Part shown: piece by piece, positions 29,151-38,696 of the stretch
How positions within the stretch are numbered: position 1 is the stretch's first letter
Layout: the number at the start of each line of letters is the position of its first letter
Translations under genes and position numbers: made by a program
Notes under the pieces: generated by a model
Told to the model about the DNA's origin: nothing
The model's database searches: none
The model's input: the letters and a program-made list of their open reading frames with translations, nothing else
From: Candidatus Fermentibacterota bacterium
GTDB taxonomy: Bacteria; Fermentibacterota; Fermentibacteria; Fermentibacterales; JCC-6
Assembly: GCA_963845085.1 (NCBI GenBank)
Contig: CAWJQI010000005.1
Span: forward strand, 701,832 to 765,831
Reading direction: 5' to 3'
DNA: 64,000 nt

Positions 29151-30333
29151 GGGCTCCGCTGAGGAACGTAAAGGGAACGATCCCGCCACGACCGGCGCCT
29201 TCGGAGTCAGCGGGCATCACGATGAGGCAGTTGGCGGCAGTGGCGCTGCGAAGGTCACCCGATCCGTGTGTTTCCGGAACGTTCAGGATGAACCCGTCCC
29301 CGCCCCTTGCCGCAACAGCCCTCAGGAATTCGGTTCTGCCCGGCTTCTTCCGCACATCGCATTCAAGACGGCCTTCGTACACTGTGTTTCTGTAACGGGC
29401 AAACCCGGACGACTTTCTGAGGAATGGAACGACGTATGTCTCGAGCGCAACGAGAACGCTTACCGGGTTGCCGGGAAGCCCGAAGAAAACCCTCCCATTG
29501 CCGACAGCGAAACAGAGGGGCTTTCCCGGCTTCTGCGCAACCTCCTCAAAGAGAAACCTGAAGCCAAGCCCTTTCATGACGGAAGGCACGAAGTCGTGCG
29601 TTCCCATGGAAACCCCGCCCGCAATCAGAAGGACGTCCGCATCGCGGAAGCGGTTTACGGCTGCCTCGATCTCACCGGGCGAGTCAACACTGTGCGATGT
29701 GCGGATCGGGCCAAAGCCGGCAGCGGCGAGAACAGAGGCGCCGAGAACCCCGTTCGCGTTCCTTATCTCTCCCGGGCCGGGAACATTCGACGGTTCCGTT
29801 ACTTCATTCCCCGTGGTGATCAGCGCGACCAAAGGCCTGCGTGCGACCTTCAACCCGACCCTTCCGGCCATGGCTGCAACTCCGAGCGCGGCAGGGGTGA
29901 GAAGGACGCCGCGGCCGAGCACCTCATGACCGGCGGGCAGATCCTCTCCCCTGTAGCAAATATGTCTCCCGGCCCGTGAGGCTGCCTTCAGCCTGAGCCT
30001 TCCCGCTTCGACAAACGTATCCTCAAGCATCACGACCCGGTCGGCGCCTTCGGGAAGCTGAGCGCCGGTCATAATTGGTGCCGCACAGCCGGGCATGAGG
30101 GGTGGCGGGGTTCCGGGCGAGGCGGTTATCTCCGCCACCAGACCGAAATCGTCACCCTCGCCGGGCAGCGCATATCCGTCGACAGCGCTCCTGTCGAACG
30201 GCGGCATCGGAATGTCGGTGGCCACGCTTTCCGCGAGGATCCTGAAAAGAGCCTCGGAAGGGTCCGCCCATTCCTCCCTCACGGGAAGCGAACGGGCAAG
30301 AACCGTTTCAATGGCTTCTTCGAACGGGATCAT
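29134..30333 (-). CDS. moeA: Molybdopterin molybdotransferase
   Basis: PPFDRSAVDGYA, IMTGA, GGVSMG..D, KPGKP, LPGNPVS. Confidence 0.95.
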   Translation of the reverse strand: MIPFEEAIETVLARSLPVREEWADPSEALFRILAESVATDIPMPPFDRSAVDGYALPGEGDDFGLVAEITASPGTPPPLMPGCAAPIMTGAQLPEGADRVVMLEDTFVEAGRLRLKAASRAGRHICYRGEDLPAGHEVLGRGVLLTPAALGVAAMAGRVGLKVARRPLVALITTGNEVTEPSNVPGPGEIRNANGVLGASVLAAAGFGPIRTSHSVDSPGEIEAAVNRFRDADVLLIAGGVSMGTHDFVPSVMKGLGFRFLFEEVAQKPGKPLCFAVGNGRVFFGLPGNPVSVLVALETYVVPFLRKSSGFARYRNTVYEGRLECDVRKKPGRTEFLRAVAARGGDGFILNVPETHGSGDLRSATAANCLIVMPADSEGAGRGGIVPFTFLSGAHVNGL

Positions 30334-31148
30334 TTCTCATCCCCGCCTTTCAAAACATGCTCGAGCGACTGCTCCAGGTTTTCAAATTCCTCGAGCAGCC
30401 TGTCTGCAAGCCGGGTCAGTCCGCTGCCTCCCTTGAGCCTGCCGCCCCTCGACCTCTCGATGAGCTTTGCCCCGAGATTATCCTCGGACCGTGAAAGAAG
30501 GGTCCAGGCCCTGCGGTAGGAGATGCCCGCCAGCTTTGAGCCTGCGCTGATGCTTCCGGTCTGCCCGATGTACCTGAGCAGAGAGGCGATGCCGGATCCC
30601 ACGACGGTGCCGCGGGGTGTTTCGAGCCAGCATTTTCCGCGGGGAATGAAGGCGCGAAAACCCCTTACCCCGGCACTGTCGAGGATCAAATCGCAAAGCT
30701 CCCTGGAGGGCGGGGCGGAAAGCGGGGCAGGCACAACAACATTGGCTTTGGAAGAGAGCTCCGGGGTCTTCCCCTCCCCGTGTTCAACCTCAAGGTAAAC
30801 CATGGTGTGCGGGCGGACGAATTCCATCGCGCTGTTGGTTTCCCACAAAACCAGATCGTGGCCGGACGGTGCGTGCGGTTCGTATCCGGACAACTGCTCC
30901 GGTTCCGCATACTCGACAAGCGTGACGCTTGAAGCGCCCGAGGCCGCGCATCGGAACGTGTCGGTGCCCTCCTGTCCCTCACCCGGGATCAGGGTCAATG
31001 ACACCCCGTGCCTCCGCCTGAGTTTGACAAAGGCACAATCAAGCCCGGCATCGACCGCAACCCGCAGAAGTGACTGGGCAAGAAGAGTTTTGCCCGCCTT
31101 CCTCTCCGAGGCTGCAATAACGATATGCCTTGTGTTCATTTCGCTCAT
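30330..31148 (-). CDS. MobB-like P-loop domain fused to a ModE-type winged HTH
   Basis: N-terminal SERKAGKT; C-terminal TGSISAGSKLAGISYRRAW...RGG..GGS.LT; first gene of the Moco operon. Confidence 0.68.
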   Translation of the reverse strand: MSEMNTRHIVIAASERKAGKTLLAQSLLRVAVDAGLDCAFVKLRRRHGVSLTLIPGEGQEGTDTFRCAASGASSVTLVEYAEPEQLSGYEPHAPSGHDLVLWETNSAMEFVRPHTMVYLEVEHGEGKTPELSSKANVVVPAPLSAPPSRELCDLILDSAGVRGFRAFIPRGKCWLETPRGTVVGSGIASLLRYIGQTGSISAGSKLAGISYRRAWTLLSRSEDNLGAKLIERSRGGRLKGGSGLTRLADRLLEEFENLEQSLEHVLKGGDEK

Positions 31149-31241
31149 GGCGATGCAATCTAACTCCCCGGCGGCCTCCAATCCACCCCGGACCCGGCGA
31201 ACCTTATATTCAGCGGTCAGCCCACCCTGAAAGGCATCACC

Positions 31242-34118
31242 ATGAAGAGCGCAGAATCAACGAAGATGGGCGGCGGCTTTCAACTTCTCGAGTGCCGCGA
31301 ACTGCCGGGGATACGAAGCCTTGCCCTGAGAGCCCGCCACGAACCTTCGGGGGCGGAGCTCATTCTGCTTCGATGCCCGGGCGACAGGGAGAAGCTGTTC
31401 GCCGCCGTGTTCCGCACCCCCCCCACGGACAGCACGGGGGTTCCCCATATACTCGAGCACTGCGTGCTGTGCGGTTCCAGACGGTTTCCCCTGAAGGATC
31501 CCTTCATGGAACTTGTAAAAACCAGCATGGCCACCTACATCAACGCCATAACCTATGACGACAGGACCATCTATCCATGCGCCAGCCTGATAGGGAAGGA
31601 TTTCTTCAACCTTGTCGATGTCTACATGGACGCGGTTTTCCATCCCCTCCTCAACAGGCAATCCTTCCTCCAGGAAGGGCACAGGCTGGATTTCCAGGGC
31701 AACGGCAGGGCTGCGAGGATGGGTGTCGTGTACAATGAGATGAGGGGCGCGTACGCAGACCCCGACGACTACCTTGAGAGGAAGCTTCGCACCCTGATGT
31801 TTCCGGGCACCACCTACGGTCACTGCTCGGGTGGCGAACCCGACCACATCCCGCTGCTCTCATACGATTCCTTCGTTGATTTTCATCGCAGGCACTACCA
31901 CCCATCGAATGCATGCCTCATCGTAATGGCGGACATTCCTCCCGGGGAGATCACCGAATTCCTGGGGGAAAGGCTTCAAGGGTTCACATCGGCCGATTCG
32001 CGGTTCCAGATAATCACCGAACCATCCTTCCAGGGGCCCCTGTCGGGCGAATACCCCATTCCCGGATCGCGCAGGGCCGGCTGCACGGTTCTCAGGGCAT
32101 GGCTGATGGACGACGGCGAGGATCCCGTTGAATCGCTTGCGATCTCCCTGCTCGACGACATCCTTCTGGACAGCGACGCCGCCCCGTTGAAGGAGGCTCT
32201 GATAGCAAGCGGGCTGGGCACCGGCCTGGGACCATCCGGATACGACTGCGACATAACCAGGCCGACTTTCACCGCGGGTCTCCGTGGTGTGAAGAGGGAG
32301 GACGCCGGTGCGGTGTTCGACCTGATCGGACAAACGCTCGAAAAGTGCGCCAACCGATTCGACCCCGAAGACGTGAGCGGCCTTCTTCACAGGAAAGAGC
32401 TCTTCCTCAGGCGGATCGGCCAGAGATGGACCCACGGAATAATGGAGGCTGCCGCAAAGGCCTGGACCCATTTCAGAAACCCCCTCGACGAACTCGAGGA
32501 GGAGAGGCAGCTTGACGAACTGCGCAGGCGGCTGAGGGAAAATCCCTCATTGCTTGAGGACCTTGTCAGAAGGTACTTCATCGAAAACGGGCAGAGGGTT
32601 GACGCTGTTTTCACGCCCGACGCCCGGTACTTCTCCGGTCTCGGCCGGGAGCGCTCAAAGGCAGCCAGGCAGGAGGGCGGGAGGCTGAGCCGGGAGGAGA
32701 GGCTCGCACTGAAAAAGGAATCGAGCGAGCTGCGCATCCACCAGGAGACGCCCGATCCGCCCGAGGCTGTCGCGGCGCTTCCATCGCTGGGAATCAAGGA
32801 CATACCGGACAGGCCGGCCCTTCTGGAGTGGCATCACGAAAAAAGATCGCCGGGTCTCGATCTCATTACGGTCCCCGGCTTCACCAACGGCGTGTGCCAC
32901 TTGAACCTTTCGCTCGGAATAGCGCACCTCCCCGAGGCCGACCTTCCACTTGCTCAGCTGGCCGCCGAGATAGTGACGGGCACAGGGGCCGGCGGCCTTT
33001 CCTACCAGGAAGCCTCACGGGAGGAAACAGCCTGCTCTGGCGGCATGTCGGCCGGTGTTGGAGCCTTCGAACCACTCGGAACCCCGGGCACGACACACCC
33101 CGTCATCTCCTTTTCAGCTTCGTGCCTCGAGTCCGACCTTCCCCGCCTGCTGGTCCTGCTTGGAAAGAGGATACTCGCCCCGGCGCTCGATGACAGGACA
33201 CGTGTCATGGAGGTCGGCCGGGAGGTGAAAAGCGGGATTCACGCAAGGTTCCTGGAGAGTGTGGGCAGCTTTGCCGCCCTCGAAGTGATGGCATCCTTCA
33301 GGGGCGGCATCGAGGTAATCCGAAGGATGAGGGGGCTCACCATGGCCCGCGAGACCTGTCGGATCATCAGCGGCAGACCTGCCTCACTGTCGGGAAGGAT
33401 GCAGGACATCTGGAACCGGATTTCCGGTTCGGCCCCCGTGGCTCTGGCCTGGGCCGGCCCCGAGACACAGCTTCACGCAATTCAGGACTTTCTGGACGGG
33501 TTTTCCGGGAACAGAGCGTGCTTTTCTCCGCTTTGCCTTCCCCCGGGGGAACCCCTCGACGGGATCATCGCCGACTCGGATGTGGCATGCACGGCAGGCG
33601 CGTTCCCCGGCAGGGAGCCCGGAGATCCTTCCTTCGAGCCTCTGTTCGTCCTGATGACACTGCTCGGCAACGGCCCTCTGTGGAACCGGATAAGGGGGGG
33701 GCTGGGCGCCTACGGAGTGTCGGCCTGGGCGGCTCCGGGCATCCTTGCCTTCAGCACATACCGCGATCCATCCCCCGCGCAGAGCATCGAGTTCATTCGA
33801 AGGACCTTCCTCGACCCCCTCGGCTCGGTTGATACATCCGAAAAGGCGATCAGGGGAGCCGTATTCTCGATGCTGCAGAGGCTTGACCCCCTGGTGCGCC
33901 CCGCCCGTGCGCCACTTACAGCCCTGGCGATGTACTTCACGGAGATGGGGCTTGAGTACCAGAAGGAAGTATGGCGAAGGCTGCTTGCCATCGATGCGGA
34001 ATCGCTTCGCCAAGCAGCTTCGATCCTGAAGACCGGGGCCTCCGGGATCAGGGTGTGCATCGCAGCCGACCGTAAAACGCTTGTCGAAACGGGTGTATCG
34101 GAAATGGCGAAGCTTTGA
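31242..34118 (+). CDS. M16C (presequence protease-like) insulinase family peptidase
   Basis: DSTGVPHILEHCVLCGS (HxxEH); GVVYNEMRG; YHPSN. Confidence 0.9.
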   Translation: MKSAESTKMGGGFQLLECRELPGIRSLALRARHEPSGAELILLRCPGDREKLFAAVFRTPPTDSTGVPHILEHCVLCGSRRFPLKDPFMELVKTSMATYINAITYDDRTIYPCASLIGKDFFNLVDVYMDAVFHPLLNRQSFLQEGHRLDFQGNGRAARMGVVYNEMRGAYADPDDYLERKLRTLMFPGTTYGHCSGGEPDHIPLLSYDSFVDFHRRHYHPSNACLIVMADIPPGEITEFLGERLQGFTSADSRFQIITEPSFQGPLSGEYPIPGSRRAGCTVLRAWLMDDGEDPVESLAISLLDDILLDSDAAPLKEALIASGLGTGLGPSGYDCDITRPTFTAGLRGVKREDAGAVFDLIGQTLEKCANRFDPEDVSGLLHRKELFLRRIGQRWTHGIMEAAAKAWTHFRNPLDELEEERQLDELRRRLRENPSLLEDLVRRYFIENGQRVDAVFTPDARYFSGLGRERSKAARQEGGRLSREERLALKKESSELRIHQETPDPPEAVAALPSLGIKDIPDRPALLEWHHEKRSPGLDLITVPGFTNGVCHLNLSLGIAHLPEADLPLAQLAAEIVTGTGAGGLSYQEASREETACSGGMSAGVGAFEPLGTPGTTHPVISFSASCLESDLPRLLVLLGKRILAPALDDRTRVMEVGREVKSGIHARFLESVGSFAALEVMASFRGGIEVIRRMRGLTMARETCRIISGRPASLSGRMQDIWNRISGSAPVALAWAGPETQLHAIQDFLDGFSGNRACFSPLCLPPGEPLDGIIADSDVACTAGAFPGREPGDPSFEPLFVLMTLLGNGPLWNRIRGGLGAYGVSAWAAPGILAFSTYRDPSPAQSIEFIRRTFLDPLGSVDTSEKAIRGAVFSMLQRLDPLVRPARAPLTALAMYFTEMGLEYQKEVWRRLLAIDAESLRQAASILKTGASGIRVCIAADRKTLVETGVSEMAKL

Positions 34119-34135
34119 GAAAGGAGTGACGCACA

Positions 34136-34396
34136 ATGGACATTGTCTCCCTCATCATCGGCATCGTGGCCGCGATTCTCGGGTTCATCCCGTGCTGCAG
34201 CTGGCTGGCACTTGTGCCGGCGATCGTGGGGTTGGTACTCGGCATCGTCAGTTTCAACAGGAAGAAGGAGGCTGATGCCCCGACCGGCGTTGCGATGGCC
34301 GGAATGGTGCTGAACGGCGTTGCGATGCTTCTGATCCTTGGGTACACCGTTGTCTTTGCCGCCGGCGACCTTACTTCAGGGCTGATGAAGTTCTGA
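34136..34396 (+). CDS. Small membrane protein (DUF4190-like)
   Basis: SLIIGI...IVGLVLG...G.AMAG; AAGGAG RBS. Confidence 0.7.
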   Translation: MDIVSLIIGIVAAILGFIPCCSWLALVPAIVGLVLGIVSFNRKKEADAPTGVAMAGMVLNGVAMLLILGYTVVFAAGDLTSGLMKF

Positions 34397-34434
34397 CAAG
34401 CTACCGGCTCGCAAATCTGGCCATCCTCGGTCTT

Positions 34435-34767
34435 TTGTTCTACTGCCTTCTCATTCCCCTTGCAGAGCCTTTCGTGACCGGGTGCTGGCCGGAACTGACG
34501 GTCTGCAGAAGCATGGCAACAACAGGCAGACCCTGCATGTTCTGCGGCCTGACACGCGATTCGCAACGGCTTGTCTCGTCGGGGAGGCTGCCGGCCCGCC
34601 CCAATAATCCCAACACTGTGCTGTTCCTTGTTCTTTTTGCCCTGGAGGCTGCCTTCAGGGTCTGCGCGGTCCTGCTTGCCCGGGGGAACCGCCTGCGCGG
34701 GTGGCTCTGCGCCGATGCGGGTTATCATCTCGCAGCGGCGGCCCTGCTGTTTCTTCGCCTGAAGTAA
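34435..34767 (+). CDS. DUF2752-like membrane protein
   Basis: C...TG.PC.FCGLTR...NP motif; the start may extend to CTG 34393. Confidence 0.65.
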   Translation: MFYCLLIPLAEPFVTGCWPELTVCRSMATTGRPCMFCGLTRDSQRLVSSGRLPARPNNPNTVLFLVLFALEAAFRVCAVLLARGNRLRGWLCADAGYHLAAAALLFLRLK

Positions 34768-36439
34768 CCCCCAGCACGGCGTCTTTCTGCGCAGCCTTCT
34801 CAGAAGGCCTCTTCCTGACTAGAACGGGTTCTCCGGTTTCATAGTCAAGACCGGTCCAGTACATTGCCGCAGCAACGGTCATTGGTGTGGGAAGAAACAC
34901 CTGAACCTGTCTGGGCAGGGCGCCCAGTTCCTTAAGCCGCTCCCTGCACTTCTTCATGTGGTTGAGGGTACAACCGGGGAAGGCGGCGATTATGTAGGGC
35001 AGGATGTACTGCCTTTTCCCGGCCTTCCGGGTGATCCTCTCGAACTCCCTGCAAAAGGCAAGCCATGTCTCAACGGGCGGCTTTCTCATGAGCCTGAGCA
35101 CGGAATCTTCAGTGTGCTCCGGGGCGATCTTGAGATGCCCCGGAACGTGGTCACGTACGAGAACCGGAAGAAAGTTCCGGTCCCTGAGGGCAAGATCATG
35201 CCTGATCCCGCTTGACACCATCACCCTTGCCACTCCCGGACGAGCCGCGGCCTCCTTCAGCAGGGCGACGAACCTGGAATGGTCCGTATCGAACCACCTG
35301 CATATCTCGGGAAACAGACACGACGGGCGTCTGCACTTCTTCATGGCCTCGGCATTGCGGCAGCCGAGTCCGTATGCATTGGCGGTGGGGCCTCCCATGT
35401 CGCTCACGACCAGCCCTCCCGGGTTGAGAACCGCAAGCCTTCCGACCTCGTCCATCACTGAATCCCCGCTTCTCGATGTGATGAACCTGCCCTGGTGAAC
35501 ACCGAGAGCGCAGAAAGTGCAGCCTCCCGGGCAGCCGCGCACCACGGTCACCGAGTTCCGAATCATCCTCCAGGCCGGGATCTCGGCTTTGTATGAGGGG
35601 TGTGGCCTTCCTGTGAACGGCAGGGCGTACACCCTGTCCATCTCGGGGGTCGTCAGGGGAAACGCCGGGGGTTCCACGACCAGGGTCCGGGTGTCGGCCT
35701 TCTGTAGAAGCCTTCCGGAGGCCCAGGGGTTCAGGTTCTCCTCCAGCGTTCTGGTCATGAGCATGAATGCCTGGGGAGAGGAAGCCACGTCCTCGTGGGA
35801 GGGCAGCTCAACGTCACCGGGCATGGGGTCGACATGCGTTCCGTACCAGCAAGTACCCCTTATTCCGTGAAGGGAACCGCCTGAAGCCAGCCTGCCCGCA
35901 ACTTCGACAACAGTGTTCTCTGCCATGCCGTAAACAAGAAGATCGGCTTTTGTGTCGAGAAGAAGGCTCTTCTTGACCCTGTCACTCCAGAAATCGTAGT
36001 GGCTGATCCGACGGGTGGAGGGACCCAGCCCGCCAAGGATCACGGGAACGCCCTTCATCACCCTCTGGATGATGTTGGAATACTTCATGGCGGCCCTGTC
36101 GGGTCTTTTCCCGGGCTCGCCGCCGGGACTGTACGCATCGTCCGAGCGGATACGGTTCATGCTGGTGTAGTGGTTGACCATGCTGTCCATGTTCCCGGGG
36201 GTAATCCCGACGAAGAGCTTCGGAACGCCCAACTCGAGAAATGCATCGGGATCCCCTGGATCTGGCTGCGGCAGGATCCCCACCCTGTAGCCCTCCGCCT
36301 CGAGAACCCTTGCGATGATGGCCACTCCGAACGAGGGATGGTCGATGTAGGCGTCGCCGCTCACAAGGAGTACATCGAGGGAGCTCCAGCCCCTCGCGGA
36401 CATCTCACCGGCACTGATGGGAATAAAGCCAGCCGCCAT
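34655..36439 (-). CDS. YgiQ family radical SAM protein
   Basis: GDAYIDHPSFG, MDSMVNHYT, RGCPGGCTFC, GGPTAN, HVPGHLKIAPEH. Confidence 0.92.
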   Translation of the reverse strand: MAAGFIPISAGEMSARGWSSLDVLLVSGDAYIDHPSFGVAIIARVLEAEGYRVGILPQPDPGDPDAFLELGVPKLFVGITPGNMDSMVNHYTSMNRIRSDDAYSPGGEPGKRPDRAAMKYSNIIQRVMKGVPVILGGLGPSTRRISHYDFWSDRVKKSLLLDTKADLLVYGMAENTVVEVAGRLASGGSLHGIRGTCWYGTHVDPMPGDVELPSHEDVASSPQAFMLMTRTLEENLNPWASGRLLQKADTRTLVVEPPAFPLTTPEMDRVYALPFTGRPHPSYKAEIPAWRMIRNSVTVVRGCPGGCTFCALGVHQGRFITSRSGDSVMDEVGRLAVLNPGGLVVSDMGGPTANAYGLGCRNAEAMKKCRRPSCLFPEICRWFDTDHSRFVALLKEAAARPGVARVMVSSGIRHDLALRDRNFLPVLVRDHVPGHLKIAPEHTEDSVLRLMRKPPVETWLAFCREFERITRKAGKRQYILPYIIAAFPGCTLNHMKKCRERLKELGALPRQVQVFLPTPMTVAAAMYWTGLDYETGEPVLVRKRPSEKAAQKDAVLGVTSGEETAGPPLRDDNPHRRRATRAGGSPGQAGPRRP

Positions 36440-36536
36440 TCTCACGCTCCCTTCCACTGAATATACCCTTGAAAAACACGGGAAGCGGGCCGTACTTACG
36501 TGTGTGAACACCTGTTCATCTGAAAGGGGACGAAAA

Positions 36537-36983
36537 ATGCCGGAAGAACGAACAACAGTCTACGAAGCCAGGGTGAGCGCTGGCAATGCCACTTACTTCA
36601 TCGATGCGCGTCAGGCGGTCAACGGAAGGTACTACCTGTCAATCACGGAAAGCAGGCGAACCGATGGTGACAGCTTTTCGCAGCGCAGGGTAATGCTTTT
36701 CGAGGAAGGTCTTCCCGAGTTCAGAAACATTCTGTCAGAAGCGTTCGACACCATCGGCAGGCTTGTTTCGACCCGTCGCGAGGACGAAGTGCTTGAGGTA
36801 AGGAAACTTCACCCCAAGGCTTTCATGAAGTGGTCACCCGCGGACGAGGAGGAACTCGAGCGTGAATTCCGCAGGAATGCCGATGCAACATCCATCGCCA
36901 AACTCATCGGAAGAACCGAGAAGGCCGTTCTCGCAAGGCTCGAGAAAATGGGGCTGGTTCAGCCCGGCGCGGCGGCTGTCTAG
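36537..36983 (+). CDS. DUF3276/PUR-family nucleic-acid-binding protein with C-terminal HTH
   Basis: AG..TYFID...YLSITESR....R.RV.LF.E; C-terminal W...EE......IA..IGRT..AV..RL. Confidence 0.72.
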   Translation: MPEERTTVYEARVSAGNATYFIDARQAVNGRYYLSITESRRTDGDSFSQRRVMLFEEGLPEFRNILSEAFDTIGRLVSTRREDEVLEVRKLHPKAFMKWSPADEEELEREFRRNADATSIAKLIGRTEKAVLARLEKMGLVQPGAAAV

Positions 36984-37432
36984 CAGGAATCCTTCAGCTT
37001 CGAACACGGTTCGGGCGAGGCCCTGAGAACCCTGCTCATCACGGTGATGTCGTTGCGCACATGCCAGCCGGCTTTCAGATAAAAGGCCAGGGCCGGGTTG
37101 TCGCTAAAGATGAAGAGGTGGATCTTTTCGAGGCCCGCTTTTGCAAGGGCCTCTTCCACCCTGCACATGAGCCTCTTCCCAAGACCCCTGCGCTGATGGT
37201 CCTCCCGCACGGCAAGGTGGTACACATAGCCTCGCCTGCCGTCGCTTCCGGCCATAACGCTTCCTGTCACCCCGCCTTTGTCCGTGGCGGTGAAACAGAA
37301 ACTTCCGTTGCGCTTCAGAAATGTTTTGAACTCACCGGGCGAATCAGCCCCCGTAACCGCAGTTCCGGGAAACGAACTCCAGAGCTTCACGAGAGGTTCG
37401 TGATCTTCCGGGCGCATTCTGCGGATCCCCAT
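36980..37432 (-). CDS. GNAT N-acetyltransferase (YpeA-like)
   Basis: G.DGRRGYVYHLAV...QRRGLG...N.A..FY...GW. Confidence 0.88.
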   Translation of the reverse strand: MGIRRMRPEDHEPLVKLWSSFPGTAVTGADSPGEFKTFLKRNGSFCFTATDKGGVTGSVMAGSDGRRGYVYHLAVREDHQRRGLGKRLMCRVEEALAKAGLEKIHLFIFSDNPALAFYLKAGWHVRNDITVMSRVLRASPEPCSKLKDSC

Positions 37433-37453
37433 CGCTCTGCCTCGTGCGGCCGG

Positions 37454-38608
37454 CTACGAGCCGTCAGGTGTGGAGAGCAGCTGCCTGATCCAGGGAAGGA
37501 TCCGTGTTCCCGCGGACATGTCGACAATGAATGCAACAACACCGGAAATGATCAGCGTCATGATGATCACCTTGCATGCATCAAGGCTTTTGATGCCGCC
37601 GATCTGTCTGGGCTCCCGGCCCAGATAGGCGCTTGCCGCGTACAGCTCTTCGCCGATCAACGTGTAATCGCAGGTGGTGATGAAAAACGGTAGCTGGGTG
37701 ACCGCGTCGGTACCGGCGATCTGAATCGCGCCGGACAGTGAGCCCGTCTCGGCAAGGATGAGGCTTTCCGCCCAGAACATGCCGAGATAGAAATTGGTTG
37801 CCGGTCTTTCCCGCATCATGATGCCGTTGACCCCGGCCACGAAGGCGAACTGGCTCTGCGTGAGGAAAAACACGCTGTTGGGATCGTACGAGTCGGGTCT
37901 TCCGGCCTCGAGATATGCCTGCTTGACCGACTCTTCGGCCACCGTGTAGACGATGGGGTCGGTGTTCGGAACGATGATCCGGGTCTGATAGTCGGCCACC
38001 TTCCTTGCAACCCTTCCAAGGATGGTGAGGCTGGCGATGGTTGCCACATCCTCGATAACCGACAGCCCCGGAACGTAGAGAATGGGCTTGCCCATCTCGG
38101 TCGCCCTGCCGATCGCCTCGTCTATGGCTTCAATGCCCCCGATGGGTCTGAGGTAGAAGTTCGCCCCCCTGACAGCCCTGTTGAAATAGTAGAAGATGAG
38201 GAAGAGGAAGAGGCAGCAGGCGACTAGTGTGGGGACCTCGCCGGTATGGAACCACGACCCGACAGGAGTGGCTGCGTCCGTAAACAATGGCCCCCTGAGG
38301 GTGTCGCCCGCGGTGGTTAGAAACGCAGGGATGTAATGGTACCTGGTCCCGGCAGTTATAGGGAAATCAGGGTCGTACCCGTCCACAAGGTCATTGCTTT
38401 CAAGCGGAACGGTTTCGACAATCACGAGTTCCCATGATTCCTCATCCGCAGGGGTGCGATAGACAAGCAGGGCCGCAATGTCATCAAGCTCGTCGGGCAG
38501 GGAAACAGTGATGATCAGCCTGTCGCCGGCATCGTTCGGGGAATCGGTGACGGCTGCGATCTCGGGAAACAGCAGACAGAGTATCACAGGAACAAAAACA
38601 TGTACCAT
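37454..38608 (-). CDS. DUF6754-like membrane-anchored protein (paralog of 47057-48352)
   Basis: LRPI.GIEAIDEAIGRATEMGKP...FFITTCDYTLIGEELYAASAYL; periplasmic FN3-like N-terminus. Confidence 0.8.
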   Translation of the reverse strand: MVHVFVPVILCLLFPEIAAVTDSPNDAGDRLIITVSLPDELDDIAALLVYRTPADEESWELVIVETVPLESNDLVDGYDPDFPITAGTRYHYIPAFLTTAGDTLRGPLFTDAATPVGSWFHTGEVPTLVACCLFLFLIFYYFNRAVRGANFYLRPIGGIEAIDEAIGRATEMGKPILYVPGLSVIEDVATIASLTILGRVARKVADYQTRIIVPNTDPIVYTVAEESVKQAYLEAGRPDSYDPNSVFFLTQSQFAFVAGVNGIMMRERPATNFYLGMFWAESLILAETGSLSGAIQIAGTDAVTQLPFFITTCDYTLIGEELYAASAYLGREPRQIGGIKSLDACKVIIMTLIISGVVAFIVDMSAGTRILPWIRQLLSTPDGS

Positions 38609-38641
38609 ACGTATGCCCTTTCGCAAACCGTTTCACGAGAT

Positions 38642-38669
38642 TTGAAATACCCCTGCGACACCGTATAAT
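38642..38669 (+). promoter_or_regulatory. Sigma70-type promoter for selD
   Basis: TTGAAA-16 nt-TATAAT, 27 nt before ATG 38697. Confidence 0.6.
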
Positions 38670-38696
38670 ACAACATCCCGCTGGAAAGGGGATGGA

